Positions 35,553 to 44,515 of a stretch of 64,000 bases of DNA are shown piece after piece; positions within the stretch are counted from its first letter, which is position 1, and each line of letters starts with the position of its first letter. Both the position numbers and the translations under genes were made by a program. A model generated the notes under the pieces. That model saw nothing but the letters and a program-made list of their open reading frames with translations. It had not been told where the DNA came from and did not search any database. The stretch is from a bacterium. Lineage in GTDB: Bacteria > Verrucomicrobiota > Verrucomicrobiia > Limisphaerales > RI-55. Location: positions 42,207 through 106,206 of the forward strand of contig JANLTG010000053.1 of NCBI GenBank assembly GCA_031362805.1, read 5' to 3'.

Positions 35553-36500
35553 CTACAATCCCGACGTGCGGTGCATCTGGGCCATGATGCGATCGTTCAG
35601 ATCCTTCGCGGCGTTGAAGCCGGCGTTCTTGAGCTTCACCTGCAACGCGGCGACTTCGACGAGCCGGGCCAGGTCGCGACCCGGCCGCACCGGGATGACG
35701 ATGTGCGGGATGTCGATGCCGAGGATCTTCACGTATTCCTGTTCCAAGCCGAGCCGGTCTACGTCGGGCACGTGTTCCCACGCCTTGAGCGACACGACGA
35801 GGTCCACCTGCTTCTCGTTGCGGATCGCCTTCACGCCGAACATCTGGGCGACGTTGATGATGCCGATGCCGCGGACCTCCATGTGATTGCGGGTGATCTC
35901 CGAGCAGGTGCCGATCACGTCATGGCCGTCGAGCAGCATCACGCGAGTGATGTCGTCGGCGACGAGGCTGTAGCCGCGCTCGATCAGCGCCAGCACGCAC
36001 TCGCTCTTGCCGATGCCGCTCTCGCCGCGGACGATCACGCCGATGCCGAGGATGTCCACCATGCTGCCCATCTCACTCCCGCGTGGGGCGAACAGGGACT
36101 CGAGCGCAAGCGTCGCGCGATTCACGACCTTCATCGTGATCAGCGGGCAACTGAACACCGGCACGCCCCGGGCCTCGGCCATCTTGAGGAAGCCGCGGTC
36201 GGGGCGCAAATTGCGGGAAAAAATCACGCAGGGAATCTTGAACGCGAACAGGCGCTCGTAGCAGGGCTGGCGCTGCTCAACGCTGAGCGATTTCAAATAG
36301 AATGCCTCGGCGTTGCCGATGACCTGCACCCGTTTGTAGGCGAAGTAACGTTTGAAACCCGCCAGCACGAGCCCCGGCCGGTTCACCGTCGGCTCGCGAA
36401 TGGTCCGCTTGAGGCCGGTCGCACCGGCCGTGAGCCGCAGCTCGAGCTCGCTCGCGTGGCGCGTGTAGAAGTCCTCGACGGTGACAAGGTTCGTCTTCAT
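35553..36500 (-). CDS. hprK: HPr kinase/phosphorylase
   Basis: P-loop GESGIGKSE, LIERGYSLVADD, and EVRGIGIINV. Confidence 0.9.
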   Translation of the reverse strand: MKTNLVTVEDFYTRHASELELRLTAGATGLKRTIREPTVNRPGLVLAGFKRYFAYKRVQVIGNAEAFYLKSLSVEQRQPCYERLFAFKIPCVIFSRNLRPDRGFLKMAEARGVPVFSCPLITMKVVNRATLALESLFAPRGSEMGSMVDILGIGVIVRGESGIGKSECVLALIERGYSLVADDITRVMLLDGHDVIGTCSEITRNHMEVRGIGIINVAQMFGVKAIRNEKQVDLVVSLKAWEHVPDVDRLGLEQEYVKILGIDIPHIVIPVRPGRDLARLVEVAALQVKLKNAGFNAAKDLNDRIMAQMHRTSGL

Positions 36501-36506
36501 GGCGGG

Positions 36507-37259
36507 TCACATGTTGAAATCGGGGCCGAGGTAGATCTCGCGCGCCTGAGCATCGTTGGCGAGGAACTCGGCCGTCCCCTCGCAGATCACTGCGCCGTGG
36601 TGAATCAGGTAACCGCGATCGATCAGCTTCAACAATTCGCGGACGTTGTGGTCGGTGATCAAGATGCCCATGCCGCGGTCGCGCAGGCGGCGGACAATCT
36701 TGCCGACTTCGTGTTGCGCGATCGGGTCGATGCCGGCCAGCGGTTCATCGAGCAGCAGAATTTTTGGGCCCGTGACCAGGGCGCGGGTGATCTCCAGGCG
36801 CCGCTTCTCGCCGCCGCTGAGTTGATAGGCCTTGCTCTTGGCGAGCCGCGCGAGATCGAGCTCGTCGAGGAGATAGCGCAGCCGGATCTTGCGCTCGGCG
36901 GAGCTCAGCTTGCACGTCTCAAGGATGGCCAGGATGTTTTGCTCGACGGTCAGCTTGCGGAAGATCGACGGCTCCTGTGTGAGGTAGCCCATGCCGAGGC
37001 GCGCGCGGCGATGAATCGGCAACGCGGTCACGTCGCGGTCGGCAAACTGCACCACGCCGTCGTCCGGCTTCACGAGGCCGACCACCATGTTGAAGGTCGT
37101 GGTCTTGCCCGCGCCATTGGGGCCCATCAGCCCGACGATCTCGCCGGGCTTCACCTCGATCGAGACGCCGTCAACCACGCGCCGGCCGCGGTAGGACTTG
37201 CGGAGGTCGCGGGTGTGAATCAGCGGAACCGGCTGGCCGTTGGAGGTTTGTTCGCCCAT
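36507..37259 (-). CDS. lptB: LPS export ABC transporter ATP-binding protein
   Basis: GPNGAGKTTTF, YLTQEPSIFRKLTVEQNILAILE, LSGGEKRRLEITRAL. In the synteny position after the Lpt periplasmic gene. Confidence 0.9.
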   Translation of the reverse strand: MGEQTSNGQPVPLIHTRDLRKSYRGRRVVDGVSIEVKPGEIVGLMGPNGAGKTTTFNMVVGLVKPDDGVVQFADRDVTALPIHRRARLGMGYLTQEPSIFRKLTVEQNILAILETCKLSSAERKIRLRYLLDELDLARLAKSKAYQLSGGEKRRLEITRALVTGPKILLLDEPLAGIDPIAQHEVGKIVRRLRDRGMGILITDHNVRELLKLIDRGYLIHHGAVICEGTAEFLANDAQAREIYLGPDFNM

Positions 37260-37268
37260 GAAACAACT

Positions 37269-39212
37269 TCAATCGCAAGCGCGGGGAATCTCCGCGTCGG
37301 CTGCCAGAGTTACTATCGAAAACGGCGAGCTGAGGCGAAAAGATTCGGCGCGCAAGTTCCAACGGATTTGCGCGGCCTTGTTCAGCACGGGCGGCCGGGC
37401 CTTCTTGGGATCATCCACCTCGGCTTGAAACACGACCACCTCCGGCTCGCCATCAAGGATCGCTTCGCCCGATGCCGCGTCGTAACTGAGTCGCGCACCG
37501 AGACCGCGGCCCGCACCCTTTTCCAGCCGACCGCAAACCCGCACATCGCCCGTGGCTTCGACATGCGGAACGTTGCGCTCGACGCCGTCGAAGCGACATG
37601 TCAACTGCCGGGCGGTCAGCACGATGGTGCCCTGCCGAATCTTCACGCCGCCGGCCGCGACCAGATTCGTCAACCGGCGGTCGGGGGTGAACATCAAAGT
37701 CAGTTCGCCCGCGCTCAGATAATTTGTGCCCTGCGCCACCATCACGTTGCCCGTGAACACGGCGGTGCCAGCATGAAAACGAGAGTGCTCGGCAGTGACC
37801 AACACGGGCGCCGCGTTGGTTTGAGCCTCCGTCGGCTTGCCATCTGTCTGGTTGGTCTTGGCACCAAACCAGTCGAAGTCAGCGAACCGCAGGCCCGCGA
37901 GCTGCAGCCGCACGTGACCGTCGCCGGTATAGACCGGATCACCCAGCGGGTCCACGACTTCGATGCGGTCGGCACTCTTTTCAAACTCCGGCGAAACCCA
38001 GCGGGGCGATTCCGTCAGGGTCACGAGCTGCCGGCCCGCCAGCGGATTGTCGACCTGCGCCCGACCGGCAGTCGCCCTGCCCTGCAGCTCGGCCTGATTA
38101 ATCTCGAAGATGAAGTCCCCGATGGCGTCTATGCGCGTCGGGTGGTTGGTCGCATCCAGCGTCACTTCGAACCGGCGGCTGGCGAGGGACCAGTTGGTGT
38201 CCTGGCGCGCGTTCACGTTGCCGTCGAACTCCAGTCTGCCCGGCGCGAAGCGATGGCTGTCCGACACGATGTCGATCCATTGAGCTTGGTTCGTGGCCGA
38301 TGTCTTCGCCAACGCCGATTGATTGGTGCCAAAGGCGGACAACGGAAAGCGGAGCCGAGCGCCGTCTTCACCGTCGAAATCATAGCGGTTTGAAATCATC
38401 TGCCAGCGCAATCGCCCCGCGCCACCCGAGAACTGTTCGCTCTGCCAGGCGGCGTGACCCGTCAACTCCACCTGGGCTTCAACGCCGGGCGGGGTCGAGA
38501 AGACGGCTTCATCGGCAGAGGCCGAACCCGTCCGCCCGGCCTGTTTCAAATGGAGGTTCACATCCTGGCGCGCGATCACTTGCCGCACTTCGTTCGTCAA
38601 CGCCGAGAGATTAAACGACACCTCGCCCGCCGTCATTTCCAGCCCCTCGCCATCCGTGAGTCTCACCGCTTGCTGGTACGTGACATCGCCGGTGGTGCCG
38701 TCGATGCGCAGACTCGTGGAACTGACCGCCAGCGGCGCGTCGTTCGTGGACCGCCCGGCTTTGGTGGCGGTCGCGGCATTGGTCCGGCTAAAAAATTGCC
38801 GGTCGAAGCGGGTGACGACGTTGGAGTGAATGTTCAGCAGATTGGTGCGCAACCGGAAGTCGAAGCCCACGCCGCTCAAGAAGAACCGCTGGTCGAGGCT
38901 GCGGACCACGAGCGCCTCCGAGGACGTGACCAAGTTGCTCTTCTGGTCGAATTCACCGGCGGGGGAACTGACGAGAAAGTTGAGCGCGTTCGAACCCCGG
39001 CGGGTTTCCAGGGTGATTCCTTCGATTCGCACCCGCCCGTTGGCACCGGGCTGCGCGCGGTCGCCCTTCAACAGGAAATCCCGGGCGGGCACGGTGAACC
39101 CCTTGATGGTTCCACCGAGTGTGGGCAGTTTCGACTCTTCCGCGCCGAAGGAGAAGCCGGCCGCGCAGAGCAAAGCGGTCAAGACGCTGAGAAGCTGGCG
39201 CGGCGCATTCAT
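37269..39212 (-). CDS. Large periplasmic OstA/LptA-like (LptC-LptA position) protein
   Basis: 647 aa with a signal peptide MNAPRQLLSVLTALLCAAGFSFGA. It occupies the slot between kdsC and lptB where lptC-lptA normally sit. The sequence is beta-rich and repetitive. The domain call rests on synteny, not on an alignment. Confidence 0.55.
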   Translation of the reverse strand: MNAPRQLLSVLTALLCAAGFSFGAEESKLPTLGGTIKGFTVPARDFLLKGDRAQPGANGRVRIEGITLETRRGSNALNFLVSSPAGEFDQKSNLVTSSEALVVRSLDQRFFLSGVGFDFRLRTNLLNIHSNVVTRFDRQFFSRTNAATATKAGRSTNDAPLAVSSTSLRIDGTTGDVTYQQAVRLTDGEGLEMTAGEVSFNLSALTNEVRQVIARQDVNLHLKQAGRTGSASADEAVFSTPPGVEAQVELTGHAAWQSEQFSGGAGRLRWQMISNRYDFDGEDGARLRFPLSAFGTNQSALAKTSATNQAQWIDIVSDSHRFAPGRLEFDGNVNARQDTNWSLASRRFEVTLDATNHPTRIDAIGDFIFEINQAELQGRATAGRAQVDNPLAGRQLVTLTESPRWVSPEFEKSADRIEVVDPLGDPVYTGDGHVRLQLAGLRFADFDWFGAKTNQTDGKPTEAQTNAAPVLVTAEHSRFHAGTAVFTGNVMVAQGTNYLSAGELTLMFTPDRRLTNLVAAGGVKIRQGTIVLTARQLTCRFDGVERNVPHVEATGDVRVCGRLEKGAGRGLGARLSYDAASGEAILDGEPEVVVFQAEVDDPKKARPPVLNKAAQIRWNLRAESFRLSSPFSIVTLAADAEIPRACD

Positions 39213-39736
39213 TCGTGGTGCTGTGCCACGATGGACGCCCAGCGGCGCTGCGCCTTCAAGATCATTTCGACCACTTCCCGGACGGCACCCTCGCCGCCTG
39301 CTAATTTGGTGACGTAATGAGCAGCTTTCCTGGCCTCGGCGTTGCCGTCGGGAACCGAGACCGCCAGACCGGCGCGCGTCAACATGCCGAGATCCACAAT
39401 GTCATCACCCAGGTAGGCGACCTGCGCCCAGGCCAATCCGGTTTGGCGGAGAATTTCCTCGGCCGCCTCCACTTTACCGCCCTTGGTCTGCACCAGGAAA
39501 TCGATCTTCAGGTCGTCGGCCCGGGCGGTGGTTGCGGTCGAAGGTCGGCGCGAGATCCAGCCCACTTTGATGCCAGCACCCTGCAACAGCCGGAGGCCCA
39601 GGCCATCGCGGATGTTAAAGCGCTTCAGCTCGATGCCCGCGCCCATGAACACCGAGGCGTCGGTGAGGATGCCGTCCACATCGCATAAAAACAGGCGCAC
39701 CCGGCGCAGGCGGGTTGGGAGAGAAAGACTCGCCAT
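39209..39736 (-). CDS. kdsC: 3-deoxy-D-manno-octulosonate 8-phosphate phosphatase (HAD-IIIA)
   Basis: LFLCDVDGILTD (HAD motif I), YLGDDIVDL, and GGEGAVREVVEMIL. Confidence 0.85.
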   Translation of the reverse strand: MASLSLPTRLRRVRLFLCDVDGILTDASVFMGAGIELKRFNIRDGLGLRLLQGAGIKVGWISRRPSTATTARADDLKIDFLVQTKGGKVEAAEEILRQTGLAWAQVAYLGDDIVDLGMLTRAGLAVSVPDGNAEARKAAHYVTKLAGGEGAVREVVEMILKAQRRWASIVAQHHE

Positions 39737-39744
39737 CGGCAGGT

Positions 39745-41088
39745 TTAGTTGAGGACCGTGCCGCGCCGGATGTAAGTGGGCTCGTCGAGATTCTCGCCGT
39801 GATGCAAGGTCGGCTCGCTCTTCTCGAAGCGGCCCTTCGAGACGATCTCGAGCGGCAGGGTTCCCTGCACGACCTTGCGGACCTGACGGCGATCTTTGTA
39901 CCCGCGACGACCACCCGCCGTGAGCATCATGTCCATCGCCTGCTGGTTCGACAGCGCTGGCGGCTGGGCCAAGAAGCGCTGGCGCCCGGGCTCGGTCCGG
40001 TTAGTGTTGGGGAGAAATTCGGTGTCCAGTTCCAGCGCGGGAGCGTCGTCGCGGCGGGCCTTGCGCCGGCCCCGGGCCGGCGACTCCAGCGGCGGCAGCT
40101 CCGGGGTTTCCAGCGGTTCACCATCCAGCCCGACGACCAGCGTCAGCCCGATGCGACCGGCCATTTCCGCATTCACGGCGACGCCGAGATTGATCAAGGC
40201 GGTGGGTGCCTTGGCCTGGAGCGCCGCCATGATCCGGTTAATTTCCTGCATGCTCACCTCGGGACCGCAGTTCAAGCTCACGAGCAACGAGCGGGCGCCG
40301 GTCAGCACCTGGCCTTCGTCGAGCAGCGGATGCTGTTGCAGTTGCTCCATCAAATCGTCGGCCGGCCCGTTCGCCGCGGACTCGAGATGCGCCAGCGCAC
40401 TGGCCCCATTTGAGCCGCGCAACACCGCGCCGAGATCGGAGAAATCCACGTTGATCATGCCCGGCTCGGAAATCAGGCGGACGATGCCGCGCACGCCTTG
40501 ATGCAGATAATCGTGAATCAGCTCGAAGCACTCCGGCAGCGAGGAGTGGTCCGGGACCAGCGCCATGATTTTCTGGTTCGGCACGACGATCACGCCATCT
40601 GATTCGCGGCGCAGCTCATGCAAGCCGTGGGTCGCGAGCTCGCGGCGACGACCGCCTTCGAAGTCAAAGGGCAGCGTCACGACGGCGAGGACCAGCGCAC
40701 CGAGTTCACGGCCAAGGCGCGCGATGACCGGTGCCGCGCCGGTGCCGGTCCCACCGCCCATGCCGGCCACGATATAAATCAAGTCCACGCCCGCGAGCGC
40801 GGCGCGCAGAGCATCGAGGGAATTTTCCGCCGCCAACCGACCCCGCTCGGGATCGCCTCCCGCCCCCATGCCCCGCATCAAAGCATCGCCCAGCAGCACC
40901 CGGTCACAGACGTCAACGGTGGCCAGCGCCTGCGCGTCGGTGTTGGCGGCGATGACCCGCGCTTCGCCCACGCCGGCGCGCTGGAGATAGGCGGCCAGGT
41001 TGCCACCGGCGCCGCCGACGCCGATCACGAGTTGTTTCAACGTCCGGGGAGCCAGGGCTGACAAGCCGGTGAAAGATGAGTCGTTCAT
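39745..41088 (-). CDS. ftsZ: Cell division GTPase FtsZ
   Basis: IGVGGAGGN and the tubulin signature GMGGGTGTGAAPVIA. The track start at 41142 overlaps ftsA by 26 nt, so I prefer the ATG at 41088 (MNDSSF). Confidence 0.9.
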   Translation of the reverse strand: MNDSSFTGLSALAPRTLKQLVIGVGGAGGNLAAYLQRAGVGEARVIAANTDAQALATVDVCDRVLLGDALMRGMGAGGDPERGRLAAENSLDALRAALAGVDLIYIVAGMGGGTGTGAAPVIARLGRELGALVLAVVTLPFDFEGGRRRELATHGLHELRRESDGVIVVPNQKIMALVPDHSSLPECFELIHDYLHQGVRGIVRLISEPGMINVDFSDLGAVLRGSNGASALAHLESAANGPADDLMEQLQQHPLLDEGQVLTGARSLLVSLNCGPEVSMQEINRIMAALQAKAPTALINLGVAVNAEMAGRIGLTLVVGLDGEPLETPELPPLESPARGRRKARRDDAPALELDTEFLPNTNRTEPGRQRFLAQPPALSNQQAMDMMLTAGGRRGYKDRRQVRKVVQGTLPLEIVSKGRFEKSEPTLHHGENLDEPTYIRRGTVLN

Positions 41089-41116
41089 ACGATTGCGTTC
41101 GTGAATAGTTTCAAGC

Positions 41117-42340
41117 TCAGCCACGGGAGAAAATACCGCCAAACGGATTCTTGATCAGCTTGCCGAGCGACCAGCCCGGAGGCCGGACGCGTTGCTGGAG
41201 CGAACCAAATTTCACCAGCCCGATGGCCGTGACGAATTCGGGTTGCTGCAATTGCGACGGCAGCCCCGCCACGGTGCAGGTGCGGCCGATGGTCACCGGC
41301 AGGTGGAAGACGCGCTCACCCAGCTCGCGCAGCCCGCGGATGTTCGAGCCGCCGCCCGCTACAAACACGCCGGCGCGCAGATAATTCAACAAGCCCTTGG
41401 TATCGAGATCCTCCGCGATCAGCTCGAAGATTTCCTCGACCCGCATGGCCATGATGCGCAGGAGATTTGCCCGGCTCACCGTCTTCACGGGCAGACCGTG
41501 ATCGCTGGTGAGCTGAATGGTTTCATCCTCTCGGACGTCGCCCACCACGGCGGCGCCATGTTCCTTCTTCAGCGCTTCAGCGCGGCTTTGGGAAACCTTG
41601 AGCCCATAGGCCAGATCGTTGGTGACGTGATCCCCGCCCACCGCGAGCACGCCCGCGTGCTTGATGACGCCGTCGGTATAGACGGCGTATTCTGTGGTGC
41701 CGGCGCCGATGTCTATGACGAGGGCACCGAGTTCCTTCTGCTCGGTCGTCAGCAGCGAGAGGGCGGAGCCGAGGCCGTTGAAGACGATCGATTCCACCTC
41801 GATCTGCATGCCTTTCACGACCCGGATCGGGTTTTGCAGCCGGTTGAAATTTCCGTGAATCACGTGGAGATCCACCTCCAGCCGCGCGCCCACCATGTGT
41901 ACGGGGTTTTGAATCCCGTCCTGGCCATCGAGGACAAAGTGCTGGCGGATCGAGTGAATGACTGTGTTCTCCGCCGGCAGGTTGATCGCCTTGGCATTCT
42001 TGACGACGCATTCGACATCTTCCGCGTTCACCTCCCGGTCATCCGCCACGACGGGATGAAAGCCGCGGTTCACGAAGCCGCGGATGTGGCTGCCGGTGAC
42101 ACCAAGGTACACGCTGCGAATCTCCACGTCCGCGGTCTGCTCGGCCTCGGCGATGGCGTGCCGGATGTCTTCCTCGACACTTTGCGGATCAGTGATCTCG
42201 CCCTTGCGCACGCCGCGCGAACGGGCCTGGCCGATGCCGATGATGTTCAGGGCGCCCTCGGCGGACATTTCGCCGACGATGGCGCAGATCTTGGAGGTGC
42301 CAATTTCCAGGCCGACAATGGTGTTGGATGAGCGAAACAT
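41117..42340 (-). CDS. ftsA: Cell division protein FtsA
   Basis: Actin-fold motifs GLEIGTSKICAIVGE and VIDIGAGTTEY. Located between ftsQ and ftsZ. Confidence 0.9.
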   Translation of the reverse strand: MFRSSNTIVGLEIGTSKICAIVGEMSAEGALNIIGIGQARSRGVRKGEITDPQSVEEDIRHAIAEAEQTADVEIRSVYLGVTGSHIRGFVNRGFHPVVADDREVNAEDVECVVKNAKAINLPAENTVIHSIRQHFVLDGQDGIQNPVHMVGARLEVDLHVIHGNFNRLQNPIRVVKGMQIEVESIVFNGLGSALSLLTTEQKELGALVIDIGAGTTEYAVYTDGVIKHAGVLAVGGDHVTNDLAYGLKVSQSRAEALKKEHGAAVVGDVREDETIQLTSDHGLPVKTVSRANLLRIMAMRVEEIFELIAEDLDTKGLLNYLRAGVFVAGGGSNIRGLRELGERVFHLPVTIGRTCTVAGLPSQLQQPEFVTAIGLVKFGSLQQRVRPPGWSLGKLIKNPFGGIFSRG

Positions 42341-42350
42341 GGCGATGGGC

Positions 42351-43271
42351 TTAGCGATTGGTCAGGCGGAGGGGCAGTGCGTTGGTGGTCAATTGAACCA
42401 GATGGATGGGCACGTTGTTGCTGGGCGAAAGATCGAGCCAGTCATAGCCGATCCGCTTCGTGGCGCAAGTCTTGTGAAGCATTTCCCAGCGCGCCAACTG
42501 GCGTTCGAACCCGCGGTCGAGCACTTCCACAGCGTGCCCCTGCACCGTCTTCAACTTGAGGAGTTCCGGCTCGGTCAGATCGATGGATTGGATCTGAACC
42601 TCGCGCGCCATCGCGGTCGAATTAAAGGTCTTGAGAAACTGGAGCGCGGCGTGGGCCAGCTGGTTGGTCAGATCATTGCCCGGAAGGATCTCACCCCCGA
42701 CGATGCCCGTCACCTCGGGGAGCTGCCGCCACCCGCTGGCCGTCTCGGCGCGGACAATGGCGCGATCGAGCGGCATCACGCGCCCGGTTTCATCCAGCCC
42801 GAAATCCCGCGTCAGCAAACGGCCATCCGCACCGCTGAAACGCAGCCGCACATGCGCGAGCGGGATCCGCTCGGCCACCTGCAAGCGCAAGGTGCCCGGC
42901 AAGACGCGCTCCAGCGACGCCTGCCGGATCATCCCGTGCATCTCCAGCTCGTGCTTGATGCCGTGGAGATCGATGGCAAAGAGATTGTCGCCCAACTTTA
43001 CACCCGCCCAGCGCCGCAGATGTTCCGGGTTGATGACGCCGTCGGTCCGCACTTGGAAATCCCGGACCTGCAGTTGTTCATTCTGGTAAACGAAGCGTTG
43101 CAAGGCCCACCAACCTCCCCGCCAGAGGCCGTAGACGGTGCAGGTCAGGAAGGTGACGGCAAACAGGGCGGACACCACCAACTGGGTCCGCCGCCGACGG
43201 ACCTGGTTCGACGAAAGCTTCACGTCGAGCACGTGGCGGCGTTCGCGGCGGCGGTTTTTGGTGCGCGACAT
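42351..43271 (-). CDS. ftsQ: Cell division protein FtsQ (POTRA)
   Basis: ATG at 43271 (MSRTKNRRRERR), basic N-terminus, single TM, POTRA-like VRDFQVRTDGVINPEHLRRWAGVKLGDNLFAIDL. Positional call within dcw. Confidence 0.75.
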   Translation of the reverse strand: MSRTKNRRRERRHVLDVKLSSNQVRRRRTQLVVSALFAVTFLTCTVYGLWRGGWWALQRFVYQNEQLQVRDFQVRTDGVINPEHLRRWAGVKLGDNLFAIDLHGIKHELEMHGMIRQASLERVLPGTLRLQVAERIPLAHVRLRFSGADGRLLTRDFGLDETGRVMPLDRAIVRAETASGWRQLPEVTGIVGGEILPGNDLTNQLAHAALQFLKTFNSTAMAREVQIQSIDLTEPELLKLKTVQGHAVEVLDRGFERQLARWEMLHKTCATKRIGYDWLDLSPSNNVPIHLVQLTTNALPLRLTNR

Positions 43272-43279
43272 GGTCGGTG

Positions 43280-44197
43280 CTAAAAGGCCACGGAGGACCG
43301 GCGCTGCAGGGCCAGATCGATCATCCGTTGGCAAAGTTGTTCGTAGCTGATCCCCGCGGCGGCAGCGGCTTTGGGCAACAGGCTGGTCTCCGTCATCCCC
43401 GGCAACGTGTTCACCTCGAGCACCACGGGATCACGTTCATTCGCCACCATCACGTCCACCCGCCCGTAGTCGCGGCCGCCCACGGCGAGAAACGCACCAA
43501 AGCCGGCCTGTTGAATCCGGCGGGTGATCTCGGGACTGAACGGCGCCGGGCACAGATATTCCGTTCGTCCCGGAGTGTACTTGTTCGCGTAATCGTAAAC
43601 CCCCTCGTTGGGGCGCACTTCGACAATCGGCAATGGCTCGCCGCCGAGCACGCCCACGGTGACTTCGCGCCCCACGATCCGTTCCTCGATCAGCAATTCG
43701 TCACCATGGAGAAAGCCCGCGCTCAGCGCGGCGGGCCAGTCGGCCACGGCTTCGACAAACGAGAGGCCAACACTCGATCCCTGCCGAACTGGCTTCACGA
43801 CGACCGGTGGCTTCCAGTCAGCGGGCCAAGGTACGGCCGGGAACTTCACGGTGAAGTAGCGGGCGGTGGGAATGCCGCGCTCCAGGCACCGTTGCTTGGT
43901 CAAAACCTTGTCGAAGGCAACGCGGCTCGCGACGGCATCGCAACCGGTGTAGGGCACCCCGAGCGCATCCAACTCCGCCTGCACCTGCCCGTCTTCGCCG
44001 TAGGTGCCATGCAAGGCGATGAGCACCGCCTCCGTGTCCGGCGGCAATTTGAGCGCACCCGGCACGGGGTCAATGCAGGTGACGCGATGCCCAAGGGATT
44101 CCAAGGCGCCCGCGACCGCCGCGCCGGAGCGCAGCGAGACTTCGCGTTCGGCGGAAGGTCCGCCCAGCAGCACCACCAGTTTCATGCCCTTTGCCAC
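43280..44197 (-). CDS. ddl: D-alanine--D-alanine ligase
   Basis: ALHGTYGEDGQVQAELDALGVPYTG, VVKPVRQGSSVG, and LEVNTLPGMT. Confidence 0.9.
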   Translation of the reverse strand: MAKGMKLVVLLGGPSAEREVSLRSGAAVAGALESLGHRVTCIDPVPGALKLPPDTEAVLIALHGTYGEDGQVQAELDALGVPYTGCDAVASRVAFDKVLTKQRCLERGIPTARYFTVKFPAVPWPADWKPPVVVKPVRQGSSVGLSFVEAVADWPAALSAGFLHGDELLIEERIVGREVTVGVLGGEPLPIVEVRPNEGVYDYANKYTPGRTEYLCPAPFSPEITRRIQQAGFGAFLAVGGRDYGRVDVMVANERDPVVLEVNTLPGMTETSLLPKAAAAAGISYEQLCQRMIDLALQRRSSVAF

Positions 44198-44206
44198 TTC
44201 TTGAAA

Positions 44207-44491
44207 CTATTCTACTTCGGTTTCCACCCGCAGTTCATGCACCCGATCATCGCTCCGGCCACTGCGCACGAGCGCGCCGCCCAGCAACAACAGCGCCGCC
44301 GGCACCACGACGTACTTTACGGTCCAAGACACCCCGTGGCTCACATCCAGCACCGCCTGAGGTTCCGGCAGCGGCGAGCCCGCGTCACCGGCACGCGCGT
44401 TGACGACGGTGGTGGACCCGAAGCGCACCAACATCGAGCCGATCAGCAGCAGGCTGCCCAGCAGCAGCACGATTCCAAGCATTCGCATCAT
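44207..44491 (-). CDS. Small two-TM membrane protein inside the dcw cluster
   Basis: 94 aa: MMRMLGIVLLLGSLLLIGSML...VVVPAALLLLGGALV. It fills the murC::murB-ddl gap, leaving 24-nt and 9-nt spacers. Confidence 0.4.
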   Translation of the reverse strand: MMRMLGIVLLLGSLLLIGSMLVRFGSTTVVNARAGDAGSPLPEPQAVLDVSHGVSWTVKYVVVPAALLLLGGALVRSGRSDDRVHELRVETEVE

Positions 44492-44515
44492 AAGTTTTGG
44501 AGTGACGAAAAGCCG

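Noticed and set aside
35571-38393. 940-aa plus-strand ORF
   Set aside because: It lies antisense to hprK, lptB and the Lpt-like gene, all of which have clear family motifs. Its translation is low-complexity and rich in R, A, H, D and G, with no motifs. This is a typical stop-free antisense frame in high-GC DNA.
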